Shown here in pieces: positions 35,803 through 44,903 of a stretch of DNA of 64,000 bases. Origin of the DNA: an uncultured Desulfobacteraceae bacterium (GTDB lineage: Bacteria > Desulfobacterota > DSM-4660 > Desulfatiglandales > B25-G16); the NCBI GenBank assembly GCA_964611035.1, contig CAZSWT010000003.1:6219-70218 (forward strand), read 5' to 3'. Both the position numbers and the translations under genes were made by a program. The number at the start of each line of letters is the position of its first letter. Within the stretch, counting starts at the first letter, position 1. The notes under the pieces were generated by a model. The model was not told the origin of the DNA. It searched no databases and saw nothing but the letters and a program-made list of their open reading frames with translations.

Positions 35803-37906
35803 TTAAGCTACCTTAAAGACCCTTCTCATGCTAAATTCGGCTTGCTTGCCGTTATTCCACTGTTTTATGGGTCTCAAGTAGCCAACAACCCTTGAATAGA
35901 TTTCGGTCTCTTTATTGCAAACAGGGCACCTCTCCTGTCCGCCATTCAGGTAGCCGTGGGAGCCACACGCTAAAGGTTGGAGTGAGCGTGAAATACGGGA
36001 GCCGGTAATTGATCACCACCTTCTTGATAAGCCCCTTTATGGCCTCAATGTTACCAAGCTGTTCTCCCAGGTACATGTGGAGGACTGTCCCGCCTGTATA
36101 TCTTGTTTGCAGGTCATCTTGGAGATCTAGTGCTTCAAAGAGATCATCTGTGAAGCTTACAGGGAGCTGGGTGGAGTTGGTATAGAAGGGGGCTGCACCT
36201 TTCCGGTATTCATTTTCGTTGGCACAGAGGATTTTTGGAAATCTTTCTTTGTCAAGGATGGCAAGGCGGTATGAGGTGCCTTCTGCCGGTGTTGCCTCCA
36301 GGTTGAAGATATCCCCTGTTTCCTCCTGTATTTCTGCAATGATGTCACGGATACAATCCATGACTTTTAATGAAAACTCTATACCTGTTTCACTTCCAAT
36401 ATTTGTGCCCAGGAAATTTAGGCAGGCCTCGTTCATGCCGATAATGCCGATGGTGGAGAAATGATTCACCCAGTAAAATCCTTTACCCTGTTTGATTTTT
36501 TTTAGATAAAACCTTGAGTAGGGATAAAGACCCTTGTCTGTGAATCTTTCAAGCACTTTCCTTTTTATGGAGAGGCTCTCCTTTGCAAGAAGTACCATCT
36601 TTTTGAGGCGTTCAAAGAAGTCATTCTCATTTTCAGAAAGATACCCTATCCGTGGCAGGTTTATGGTTACCACCCCAATTGATCCTGTCAGGGGATATGC
36701 CCCAAATAGGCCACCTCCCCTTTTAAAAAGTTCCCTGTTGTCAAGACGCAGCCGGCAACACATGGATCTTGCGTCTTCAGGGGACATGTCAGAGTTGACA
36801 AAATTGGAAAAATAGGGGATCCCATACTTGCCTGTCATCTTCCAGATCATTTCAAGATTTGGGTTTTCCCAGTCAAATCCAGCCATGATGTTATATGTCG
36901 GTATGGGAAACGTAAAAACTCTCCCTTTTGCATCGCCTTCCATCATGACCTCGGCAAATGCCTTGTTGATCATATCAATCTCTGGCTGAAAATCGGCATA
37001 GGACTCTTTGCGTTCAGCACCCCCTATGATCACCGGATAGTCTTTCAAGATGGAGGGTGCACAAAGGTCCAGGGTTATATTGGTAAATGGTGTCTGGAAG
37101 CCGACCCGGGTCGGGATATTTATGTTGAAGACAAATTCCTGGAGGGCTTGCTTTACCTCAATGTAGTCCAGGTTATCATAGCGCACAAAGGGCGCAAGGA
37201 GCGTGTCAAAGTTGGAGATTGCCTGTGCACCGGCTGCCTCACCCTGAAGTGTATAGAAAAAATTGACGATCTGCCCCAGAGCCGATCTGAGATGTTTTGG
37301 TGGTGCACTTTCTACCTTTCCTTCAACTCCCTTGAAACCATGCTTGAGTAGATCTCTTAAGTCCCATCCGACGCAGTAGACCGAAAGAAGGCTGAGGTCG
37401 TGTATATGAAGATCCCCATTTTTATGTGCATGCCTGATTTCAGGGGGGTAGATACGATTCAGCCAATACTCTGAAGTAACATCTGATGATATGTAATTAT
37501 TGAGTCCTTGAAGGGAGTAGGACATGTTGCTGTTTTCCTTGATTTTCCAGTCCAGGTTCAGGAGGTAGTTTTCAACCAAATCAGCCTTTGCCTTAGTTGC
37601 AATATTCCTTATCTGGGTATGCTGCTGCCTATATAGGATATATGCCTTGGCAGTCTCAAAAAAGGGAGATTCAAAAAGTACCCTTTCTACAATGTCCTGT
37701 ATCTCTTCCACTTCTGGAATGGAGCCAAGACAGAATTCATGGGCCAAGGTTAAAACCCTGAGTGTGAGTCTTTTCGCTTCACTTTCCCCAAATTCACAGG
37801 TTGCCTTTGCTGCCTTGGCAATCGCCGATGTGATCTTTGATGAATCGAACTCAACGGCCCTTCCGTCACGCTTCTTAATGTTTTCAAACATGTATGTAAC
37901 CCCCAC
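35803..37906 (-). pseudogene. nrdD: anaerobic ribonucleoside-triphosphate reductase NrdD with an apparent frameshift before the C-terminal Zn/glycyl-radical region
   Basis: 664-aa ORF 35912..37906 (ATP-cone N-terminus, class III RNR core) ends ..TPTFSVWLPRLPEW... The +1 frame from 35970 reads ACGSHGYLNGGQERCPVCNKETEIYSRVVGYLRPIKQWNNGKQAEF.. to TAA at 35803-35805, which is the canonical Cys cluster and RxxGY glycyl-radical motif. The shift is at gcgtgtgg (35963-35970). Confidence 0.85.
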
Positions 37907-38577
37907 AGGATTAAAACTTCACTTCATCTAAAGGTTTCATTGACTCATTAGCGGCAGAATGGAGGTTGCTGTTTCAGCAAATGGGAGATTGTTGAACCGA
38001 ATACGGGGATATGAAGTATCAGCACCTTGAATTCGTGGCTGCTCAAATTACCCTGGAAGAGTTGCCGAATTCACGGAAGTTTAAAATTTTTCGTGGATTT
38101 TTGGTTTTGGTTATGTAGCAAATTACAAGAGAGGGGGCCGTATATATTTCCCAAATTTGGCGGGAGAAAGAGTTGGTAGCCTAATGAAGTTTGGGGCTGA
38201 GAATGCCGGTATATTTTGGTGCAGATGGCAATGAGGTTTTTTACGTTCAAGAGGAGGCATACCACTGCGAGGGAAGATGTTCAGGGGTTCGGAGGTCCAA
38301 ATCTGCCAGAGATAACAGTTAAGTAAAGGGATTTTACCATACCGCTCTCAAAATTCATCCCATAACCATAACCATTGTACAGGATAAGTTGCTATCTGTT
38401 TGCATTTAATATTATTGAATTGTGCCCAAAATTGTGCCTATTTTAAATGAAAAGTGGTGACTTTGAATGACGTTTAGTGACATCTGGCCTGGAAGTTACA
38501 ATGGTGGAAAAGCTAATTATTTCATAATCATAGATAATATTTTATCATTATTTATCATTGGTTGTCATGGCCTCTTT

Positions 38578-38606
38578 TGCGGGTTCAAGTCCCGCCTTCG
38601 GCACCA
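38578..38606 (+). other. tRNA 3-prime fragment (tRNA-Leu-like T-arm, acceptor and CCA), possible att remnant
   Basis: gcgggttcaagtcccgc cttcggc a cca is a T-stem/loop plus a 3-prime acceptor strand identical to the end I recall for E. coli tRNA-Leu (..CCTTCGGCACCA). No matching 5-prime half (gccgaag..) lies upstream. Confidence 0.5.
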
Positions 38607-38630
38607 TTTTAAAAGAAAAATATTTTTCAC

Positions 38631-38888
38631 TCACATCACGTTATAGACAGTCACTATTTCTTCCATATTAGAATTGACAACAACGGCCTTAGTTGTGCAC
38701 TTATCTAATAAATGGATTAAGTGCTTATATTGTTTGATAATTCGGTCTTTATCTTTTTTGTATAGCCTGTATTCTAACGCGTTACCTGGTTTTCTTATAG
38801 AGGTTCCATGTTCTAAAATTATATCGATATAATCTTTTGGAATACCTCTTTGTTGCAATCTTTCGCTTGCATGTCTTGATGTTTTCAT
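38631..38888 (-). CDS. DUF4258-like small protein (toxin-like)
   Basis: 85 aa. MKTSRHASERLQQRGIPKDYIDIILEHG.. fits the H-A-x-E-R-x3-R-x-I start of DUF4258. No partner ORF was seen. Confidence 0.55.
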   Translation of the reverse strand: MKTSRHASERLQQRGIPKDYIDIILEHGTSIRKPGNALEYRLYKKDKDRIIKQYKHLIHLLDKCTTKAVVVNSNMEEIVTVYNVM

Positions 38889-39199
38889 AAGGTATCTCCT
38901 TTCATTGATTATTTTTATTTAGATCTATCTTATTGAGAACTTATCCTCAAACTTTCCATCGGCATGAATCTCAGCCTTTTACACTAAATAAACCTCGCCA
39001 AAATTATTAAAATCCATGTGCCATGTTACTGAATCAGCTTTGAAATTATGTATAAAAGTATATGTAAGATTTTAATTATTTATAATAGTGCACTTATGAT
39101 TCTAATTATATACTAATATATATATAACAACCAATGTCAAGAAAAAATTTTATCAAGAGAAAAAATATTAAAAAATTACTAAATATATGGTAACTACCC

Positions 39200-39365
39200 G
39201 GGTTGCCAGGTTCAAGGTTCACAGTTCAGGGGTTCAATCCCGATTTTATCGGGAAACCATTGTCCATGCCAAGACTCCTCAACCGGCTCATGAAAAACCC
39301 GCATTTAACTGTTAATGGTTCAGCAAATAACCATTGAACCCCGATTTATCGGGGAACTTTGAACC
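39200..39365. repeat. dispersed hairpin repeat, family B (gttcaaggttca / cccgatNNNNatcggg)
   Basis: cccgattttatcggg (39239-39253) and ccccgatttatcgggg (39339-39354) hairpins. The flanking ggttcaaggttcacagttcaggggttcaa has an inverted partner ..ttgaacc..tttgaacctg. Confidence 0.6.
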
Positions 39366-39540
39366 TGTGTAGGATAGACATGTTGTAGACCAATAGATCA
39401 AAATTTGTGTGGAATCATATTGCAGGTGATAGTTTATATATAAAGAGAGATTTTTTTGCCTATCTCGCATTCTGAGTGTTGGGAGCCATATCTCTCTCGT
39501 GATTTGCATTTCTCTGACTTTTTAGGGTAAGAAAAAGCTT

Positions 39541-40293
39541 ATGAACAGGATAAAAGCTATAGGGTTTGACCTTTTTAATACCTTGGTCATTGCCAAGCCT
39601 CATATTTTAGATGAGGCCATGAGGAGGTTGATCAAAAGCCTTCGGCAAAGCGGTTTCAAACTTGAGAATGAACAATTTAAAGAAGCCTACCGGGATGCTG
39701 CTCTGGAGTTTGTTAAAAAAGCTCAAGAGGATGGTATAGAAACACACAACCGTTTTTGGATAAGCGCAGCACTAAAGAGCCAGGGATACAATATCTTGCC
39801 TGATGATCCCCAAATAGCTATAGCAGTTGACAACTATTTTTCAGACTTTTTTCTACACTGTCATCTTATTCCAGGCACAAAAGAGATGCTCAGTAGCCTG
39901 ATGGATGTATACCGTCTCGGGCTACTTACTAATTTCACTCATGGGCCTGCTGCCAGAGAGATCATTGCCAAGTTAGGTCTCAACCCTTTTTTTGATGTGG
40001 TGCTCATTTCTGGCGAGCTAGGCTTTCGCAAGCCACATCCTTTGGTTTTTCACAAGCTCATTGAGCGCCTGGGGGTTGAAAAGGATCAAATTCTTTATGT
40101 CGGAGATAACCCAGAGCCCGACATTACGGGTGCACAGAAGGCTGGGCTCCAGCCTGTTTTAACTACCTATGTGAGGGATCAAAATATACAGTCTGTACCG
40201 GGTATTTTTTTTCAGGGTGATGAAAAATTGGACTGCAAAGTACCTAAGATCTCTAAGTGGAAAGATTTGTTATCTCTCTTGGACAGGGAATGA
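39541..40293 (+). CDS. HAD-superfamily hydrolase
   Basis: 250 aa. Motif I GFDLFNTLV, and later LTN (motif II) and GDNPEPDI (motif IV). Confidence 0.8.
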   Translation: MNRIKAIGFDLFNTLVIAKPHILDEAMRRLIKSLRQSGFKLENEQFKEAYRDAALEFVKKAQEDGIETHNRFWISAALKSQGYNILPDDPQIAIAVDNYFSDFFLHCHLIPGTKEMLSSLMDVYRLGLLTNFTHGPAAREIIAKLGLNPFFDVVLISGELGFRKPHPLVFHKLIERLGVEKDQILYVGDNPEPDITGAQKAGLQPVLTTYVRDQNIQSVPGIFFQGDEKLDCKVPKISKWKDLLSLLDRE

Positions 40294-40320
40294 GCTTTAA
40301 GCAAAGAAGGAGAACCCAAT

Positions 40321-40815
40321 TCACTGTTTTCTACATCGCCTTTTTTTTGAAATTATTTGTGTGATTTCATCTGGATCTCCGAAATAGATGCAATGAGCCA
40401 AACACACATTGTCGGCGCAGGCTGGTATAAGTCCCTTATCCACCCTATGATGGCAAAGATTACACTTCTGTGCAATGCCTTTGTTCATGTCAAAGGCAAT
40501 GGCATCGTAAGGACATGATTCTATACAAGCCTGACATCCAGTACATTTCTCATAATCTATAACTACAATACCGTCTTCTCTCTTGCTAATAGCTTTCTCT
40601 GGGCAAACCTCTGCACAAGGAGGGTCATCACAGTGTCTGCAAACATTCACCTGAAAAGAGAAATCAAGTTTACCATCGATTATCTTGGGGCCAACTTCTG
40701 AAACAGAGATTAAATAAACACCATCAGTTGAATTGTTTTCTTGTTTGCATACAACTTCACAGGCCTTGCATCCCCAGCAGGACTCATGATCTATAACCAG
40801 TGCATATTTTTTCAT
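40321..40815 (-). CDS. 4Fe-4S ferredoxin-type subunit of the Mo-oxidoreductase
   Basis: 164 aa with four Cys clusters (CWGCKACEVVC, CRHCDDPPCAEVCP, CTGCQACIESCP, CNLCHHR). It lies 15 nt downstream of the catalytic subunit. Confidence 0.85.
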   Translation of the reverse strand: MKKYALVIDHESCWGCKACEVVCKQENNSTDGVYLISVSEVGPKIIDGKLDFSFQVNVCRHCDDPPCAEVCPEKAISKREDGIVVIDYEKCTGCQACIESCPYDAIAFDMNKGIAQKCNLCHHRVDKGLIPACADNVCLAHCIYFGDPDEITQIISKKRRCRKQ

Positions 40816-40830
40816 GAACTACCCCTTTAG

Positions 40831-42975
40831 TTACTGCTCAAGGTATATCTTGCATAAAAGTGTTCTAACGTTAGTTGCACCCACTGCAGGATCACAGCCC
40901 TCATAGGCATTATCTGTCAATATGTTAATGTTTGATTCATCCCACCCGTGTCCCGGGTCTTTTCTCTCTGGAAACCACCAGGCATGCTGTGCCCCAATAA
41001 CCCTTGGGTCAATGCCTGCAAATATTTTTGCTCGTTGCCTGACCTTGCCACGAGGGGATTCAATAATCACCCAATCTCCTTCACGTATGCCTTCTTTGCG
41101 TGCAGTTTCAGGGTGAATTTCCACAACTGGTTCCCTGTGAAGCTCTCTTAGCCAGGGCACCTGGCGATTTTCTGAATGAAAAAATCCGGGAGACCTCATC
41201 CCAGTAATAAGGATATATGGGTACTGTTTGTATAATTCTGGCGAGCTTAAAGGGCTTTCAGGGACTTCACGGTATTGAGGAAGGGGATCGTATCCCCATT
41301 TTTTAAGCAATGTTGAATATAGTTCAAACTTATTAGTTGGGGTAGAAAATCCTTTTTTCTTATATTTTTGATATTTTATTTCCCCTCTTATGTAATCCAT
41401 CTCGCTGAATTCCTGCCACGTTGTACCCATGGGTTCTAATATGTAATCTAAAGCTCCTTCAAAATTATCCCACCAGTATTCTCCCTGACCCACTCTGTGA
41501 GCAAGGTCATTGAGCATTTCATGATCTGATCGGCACTCTCCCATCTGGATGACCTTTCTCCTCGGCAGGATGTAGCCATGTCTCTTCCAAAAATCCCCAA
41601 TGTAGTCCATCTCAAGCCATGTAGCCGCTGGCAAAACAATATCTGCAAGTTCGGCTGTTGGTGTTAAGAAAAAATCAGAAACAGCCATGAACTCAACCTT
41701 TTCAAGTGCACGGTAAACCTCTTTTGCATTTGCACGAGTCATAACAGGATTTGAGCTGATTAAAAATAGCATTTTTACTGGATAGGGCTTCTTTGTAAGA
41801 ATAGCATCCCACACACATTTAGGATTAATAATTGCAAAATTTCCCGCAAGACGGAAACGATCTGCCCCTAAACGTTTTGCTGCCTGCTCTTTTGAAAGTT
41901 TCTTGTGGGCACCAAATTCTGCCACGGTTCTAACCTTAGGTGCTCTAAATAAGACCTGTCCTCCAGGTACGTCTATATTTCCAGTTATACCCATAAGGGC
42001 CATGAGAGAGCGGTTGTTGTCTGCGCAGTTTATCTGCTGTTCAATGGCCACTCCCCACTGGATTGCTGCAGGTTTAGTAGTTGCAAATAGTCGTGAAGCT
42101 TCCCTGATTTTTTCTTTTGGAACCCAGGTGATCTCTTCTACCTTGTTGAGTGGATATTCATTGATTCGTTTCACAAAGGGCTCCCATCCATGGACATAAT
42201 TTTCTACAAATTCCGTATCATAAAGCTCTTCATTGACGATGACATTGAGCATTCCCAGGGCGAGGGCTGTATCTGTTCCTGGTCGGAGCTGAAGCCAGAT
42301 ATCAGCACGGGCTGCAATACGTGTTAATCTTGGGTCAACGGCAATAAGTTTCGCCCCTTTATCAAGGCTCACTGAGAAAGATTCACCCTTATATTCATCA
42401 GAGTTACCTATCACCAAATTGTTCCCCCACACCATAATGCACTTTGGATTGTTTTCGTAGTCTACGATAGGATTTGATCCACAGGTAATGATACTGGTAG
42501 CAATACGAGGGCCGTAGCAGAAATGACCTGCTGTAAGAACATTTGGGGTACCAAGAAGATTGGCAAAGCGATAAATTACCCCTTCATTTTCCCTTCCTGT
42601 TCCATACCCCATTACAATTGATTCTGCCCCAAATTCTTTTTTATACTGCACTATCCGTTCTGCAATGGTATTCAGTGCTTCATCCCACGAAATACGCTCC
42701 CAATTTCCGCTTGCCTTTGCCCCAACTCTTTTGACAGGATACGTCAATCGATCTGGATGGTAGGCCAATTGAGTGGATGCAATTCCTTTGCTGCATAGAG
42801 TTCCATGATTTATGGGGCAGTCAGGATCACCAGCAATTTTGACCGCCTTACCATTTTTCGTATAGACCAAAACTCCGCAGCCACCATGGCACATTCGACA
42901 GTGGCTTTTGACTACAGAATCATACCCATAGGTCTCCATCTCCCTTTTTATATTGGAGTAAGTGAATTCAGTCAT
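40831..42975 (-). CDS. molybdopterin (DMSO-reductase family) oxidoreductase catalytic subunit, cytoplasmic type
   Basis: 714 aa. N-terminal Fe-S motif HCRMCHGGCGVLVY...C. Typical family length. No twin-arginine signal. Confidence 0.85.
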   Translation of the reverse strand: MTEFTYSNIKREMETYGYDSVVKSHCRMCHGGCGVLVYTKNGKAVKIAGDPDCPINHGTLCSKGIASTQLAYHPDRLTYPVKRVGAKASGNWERISWDEALNTIAERIVQYKKEFGAESIVMGYGTGRENEGVIYRFANLLGTPNVLTAGHFCYGPRIATSIITCGSNPIVDYENNPKCIMVWGNNLVIGNSDEYKGESFSVSLDKGAKLIAVDPRLTRIAARADIWLQLRPGTDTALALGMLNVIVNEELYDTEFVENYVHGWEPFVKRINEYPLNKVEEITWVPKEKIREASRLFATTKPAAIQWGVAIEQQINCADNNRSLMALMGITGNIDVPGGQVLFRAPKVRTVAEFGAHKKLSKEQAAKRLGADRFRLAGNFAIINPKCVWDAILTKKPYPVKMLFLISSNPVMTRANAKEVYRALEKVEFMAVSDFFLTPTAELADIVLPAATWLEMDYIGDFWKRHGYILPRRKVIQMGECRSDHEMLNDLAHRVGQGEYWWDNFEGALDYILEPMGTTWQEFSEMDYIRGEIKYQKYKKKGFSTPTNKFELYSTLLKKWGYDPLPQYREVPESPLSSPELYKQYPYILITGMRSPGFFHSENRQVPWLRELHREPVVEIHPETARKEGIREGDWVIIESPRGKVRQRAKIFAGIDPRVIGAQHAWWFPERKDPGHGWDESNINILTDNAYEGCDPAVGATNVRTLLCKIYLEQ

Positions 42976-43130
42976 ATACTGACTCCCTTTATCAAGGCTA
43001 CTTTAAAGTCCAGATGTCTATATAGCTCAAGATCTTAAAATTTTTGTCAAGCCCGCCTTGGCGCGATATGATCATAACAAGCTATTGTCACTTTATCACT
43101 AAGTGAACGGGAGCCATAAAATTTAACCCT

Positions 43131-43320
43131 TGCATGCCAGGCCTGCCCGCCGGACGGCAGGCGGGTCTGGGCCAGGGTTTTTGCAAAACACTCAGGTGCT
43201 AAATATGGGTAAATACTGGATACTGGTTTCCGGATTCTGGATTCTGGATAAAACCAGGAATACTCTTTTATCTATCCAGCATCAAGTATCCAGCATCCAG
43301 CATCGCTTCGGTTCAACAAA
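43131..43320. repeat. dispersed hairpin repeat, family B plus ctggat-rich inverted repeats
   Basis: gcctgcccgccggacggcaggcgggtctgggccaggg. 43159-43176 ggcgggtctgggccaggg is the exact reverse complement of 50797-50814. ggattctggattctggata is mirrored by tatccagcatccagcatc. Confidence 0.65.
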
Positions 43321-43648
43321 TGGAATATGACTATGCTAAACTCGTCGGTTTGAGGCGGAGCTTCGCTAGATAAATGCATAATTACTTATAATTCCAGGGT
43401 TTGTAGCCGATAGTATAGCAGGATTTATGCTATTAATTACAAGAAAAAATAGGGACGTCAAAAAGGGAAGGATAAGAGGACATTCGTGTAGAGCATGCAT
43501 TGCTCATATGTATCTTGGTTACATAATAAAATGCGTTTTCTCCTGATAGGCAGAGCAGAGATTTTTGAAAGCTCAGTTGATGCAATCTCTGCACGAACGT
43601 TTTCCGCTACTGTTTATTCTTTAAGAAGATTCCTGATCCAAAGGTTTT

Positions 43649-43933
43649 TTAGCGGGATCTTTTTGAGGCCTTCAGCGGATTTATCTTATTGGTTTCCTTT
43701 TTGGTGTTTATCTGTATGTGAGTAGCCATATTGCAGACCCCATTTTTCCATTTGATAGAAGGGTCTAGGAAACTCATACAGTATTTTCCGGTAGGATATT
43801 CAACGATTCTCTGGCAACCATCACACTGATCAACAATGGGGTGACAGTTACCTCCGTTAAACTGGCATCCTTTTTTGGTCATAAAGATGCACTCAAAGCC
43901 TGGCCTTAACGTTGTACAAACCATAATAACCAC
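43649..43933 (-). CDS. Cys-rich small protein (PxxKW-family-like)
   Basis: 94 aa. CTTLRPGFECIFMTKKGCQFNGGNCHPIVDQCDGC... and the PSIKW motif. Family name from memory. The start codon is uncertain. Confidence 0.5.
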   Translation of the reverse strand: MVIMVCTTLRPGFECIFMTKKGCQFNGGNCHPIVDQCDGCQRIVEYPTGKYCMSFLDPSIKWKNGVCNMATHIQINTKKETNKINPLKASKRSR

Positions 43934-44132
43934 ATCCTTTCTTTATAAATTTTAGATAAGAATTATTCTTATTTTAAAAAAATGACTTATAGTTCCTTTA
44001 AAAATTAATCGAACAACGAATTGTGCCTTATGCCTTAAGAAATTATTATTGTCAATAAAAAAAGTAAAAAAAGCAAAGTTCGATCAAACTCTAATCATGA
44101 TATTTAATATGTCTACCTTTTGTTTGATTTTT

Positions 44133-44840
44133 TTATTCAAACAGGCCCATCAATCTTTTTAGTCTCTTTATTGCCCTGGGGAGAATCTCACCAATCTCTT
44201 CATTAAATCTCAGGTTTGTGCGATGATCAAAGGGGGTGTCTCCTTTATTAATGATCACCAATTTTGCTCCAGAGCGAAGGGCCTCCAGAGGCATGTCTGC
44301 TGCTGGTGTTACTACCAAGCTTGATCCAACAACCAAAAAAAGGTCACTTTTTCGAGAATGCTCAAAGGAAAGCCTTAGATCTTTTTCAGGAAGGGACTGC
44401 CCAAAATCTACTACACTTGAGACCAATGTGCCTCCACACTGACACATAGTCATGCCAGTGGACTTGTTAACCTTTTTATCGCATCTCGTGCACCGAAGTT
44501 TGGTCATATTCCCATGAAGCTCAGCCAGCAGATCAGGATTTATCCCTGATTTTAAATGGAGATTATCTACATTTTGAGAGATAAGAAATTTTAATTTGCC
44601 CATTTTTTGGAGATCAACGATAGCAATGTGGCCGCTATTTGGCTCAACTGAATCCCAAGAGCGGTTCAAAGGTTTTGGAGCAAGTCCTTTATCTCTCCGG
44701 GTCCATAGACCGTCAGGACCTCTGAAATCAGGAAGTCCTGATTCAGTGCTGATTCCAGCGCCAGTAAAAACAACGAGATGTCTAGATTCATATAACCATT
44801 CAGAAAGGATTTGAATTCTTTTTTCAAGATCTTTTTCCAT
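44133..44840 (-). CDS. cobB: NAD-dependent protein deacylase (Sir2 family)
   Basis: 235 aa. GAGISTESGLPDFRG, QNVDNLH, a Zn ribbon CxxC..CxC and a VVGSSLVV Rossmann end. Confidence 0.85.
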   Translation of the reverse strand: MEKDLEKRIQILSEWLYESRHLVVFTGAGISTESGLPDFRGPDGLWTRRDKGLAPKPLNRSWDSVEPNSGHIAIVDLQKMGKLKFLISQNVDNLHLKSGINPDLLAELHGNMTKLRCTRCDKKVNKSTGMTMCQCGGTLVSSVVDFGQSLPEKDLRLSFEHSRKSDLFLVVGSSLVVTPAADMPLEALRSGAKLVIINKGDTPFDHRTNLRFNEEIGEILPRAIKRLKRLMGLFE

Positions 44841-44903
44841 GGCAAATATTTAGATATTTATATAATACTTCTTTTCTAATCCCTCCTTTTGAAATTTTGA
44901 GGC

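Noticed and set aside
37907-38360. Cobalamin riboswitch or NrdR boxes upstream of nrdD (ccactg..gggaag and ggtgc strings, aaatatata, near-palindrome cacggaagtttaaaatttttcgtg).
   Set aside because: The B12-like strings are on the wrong strand for nrdD and lack the rest of the conserved core. The AT-rich palindromes do not match the NrdR box consensus I remember well enough to call.
38400-38606. A full tRNA-Leu gene.
   Set aside because: Only the T-arm, acceptor and CCA part is present. No complementary 5-prime acceptor strand (gccgaag), D-arm or anticodon arm could be found upstream.
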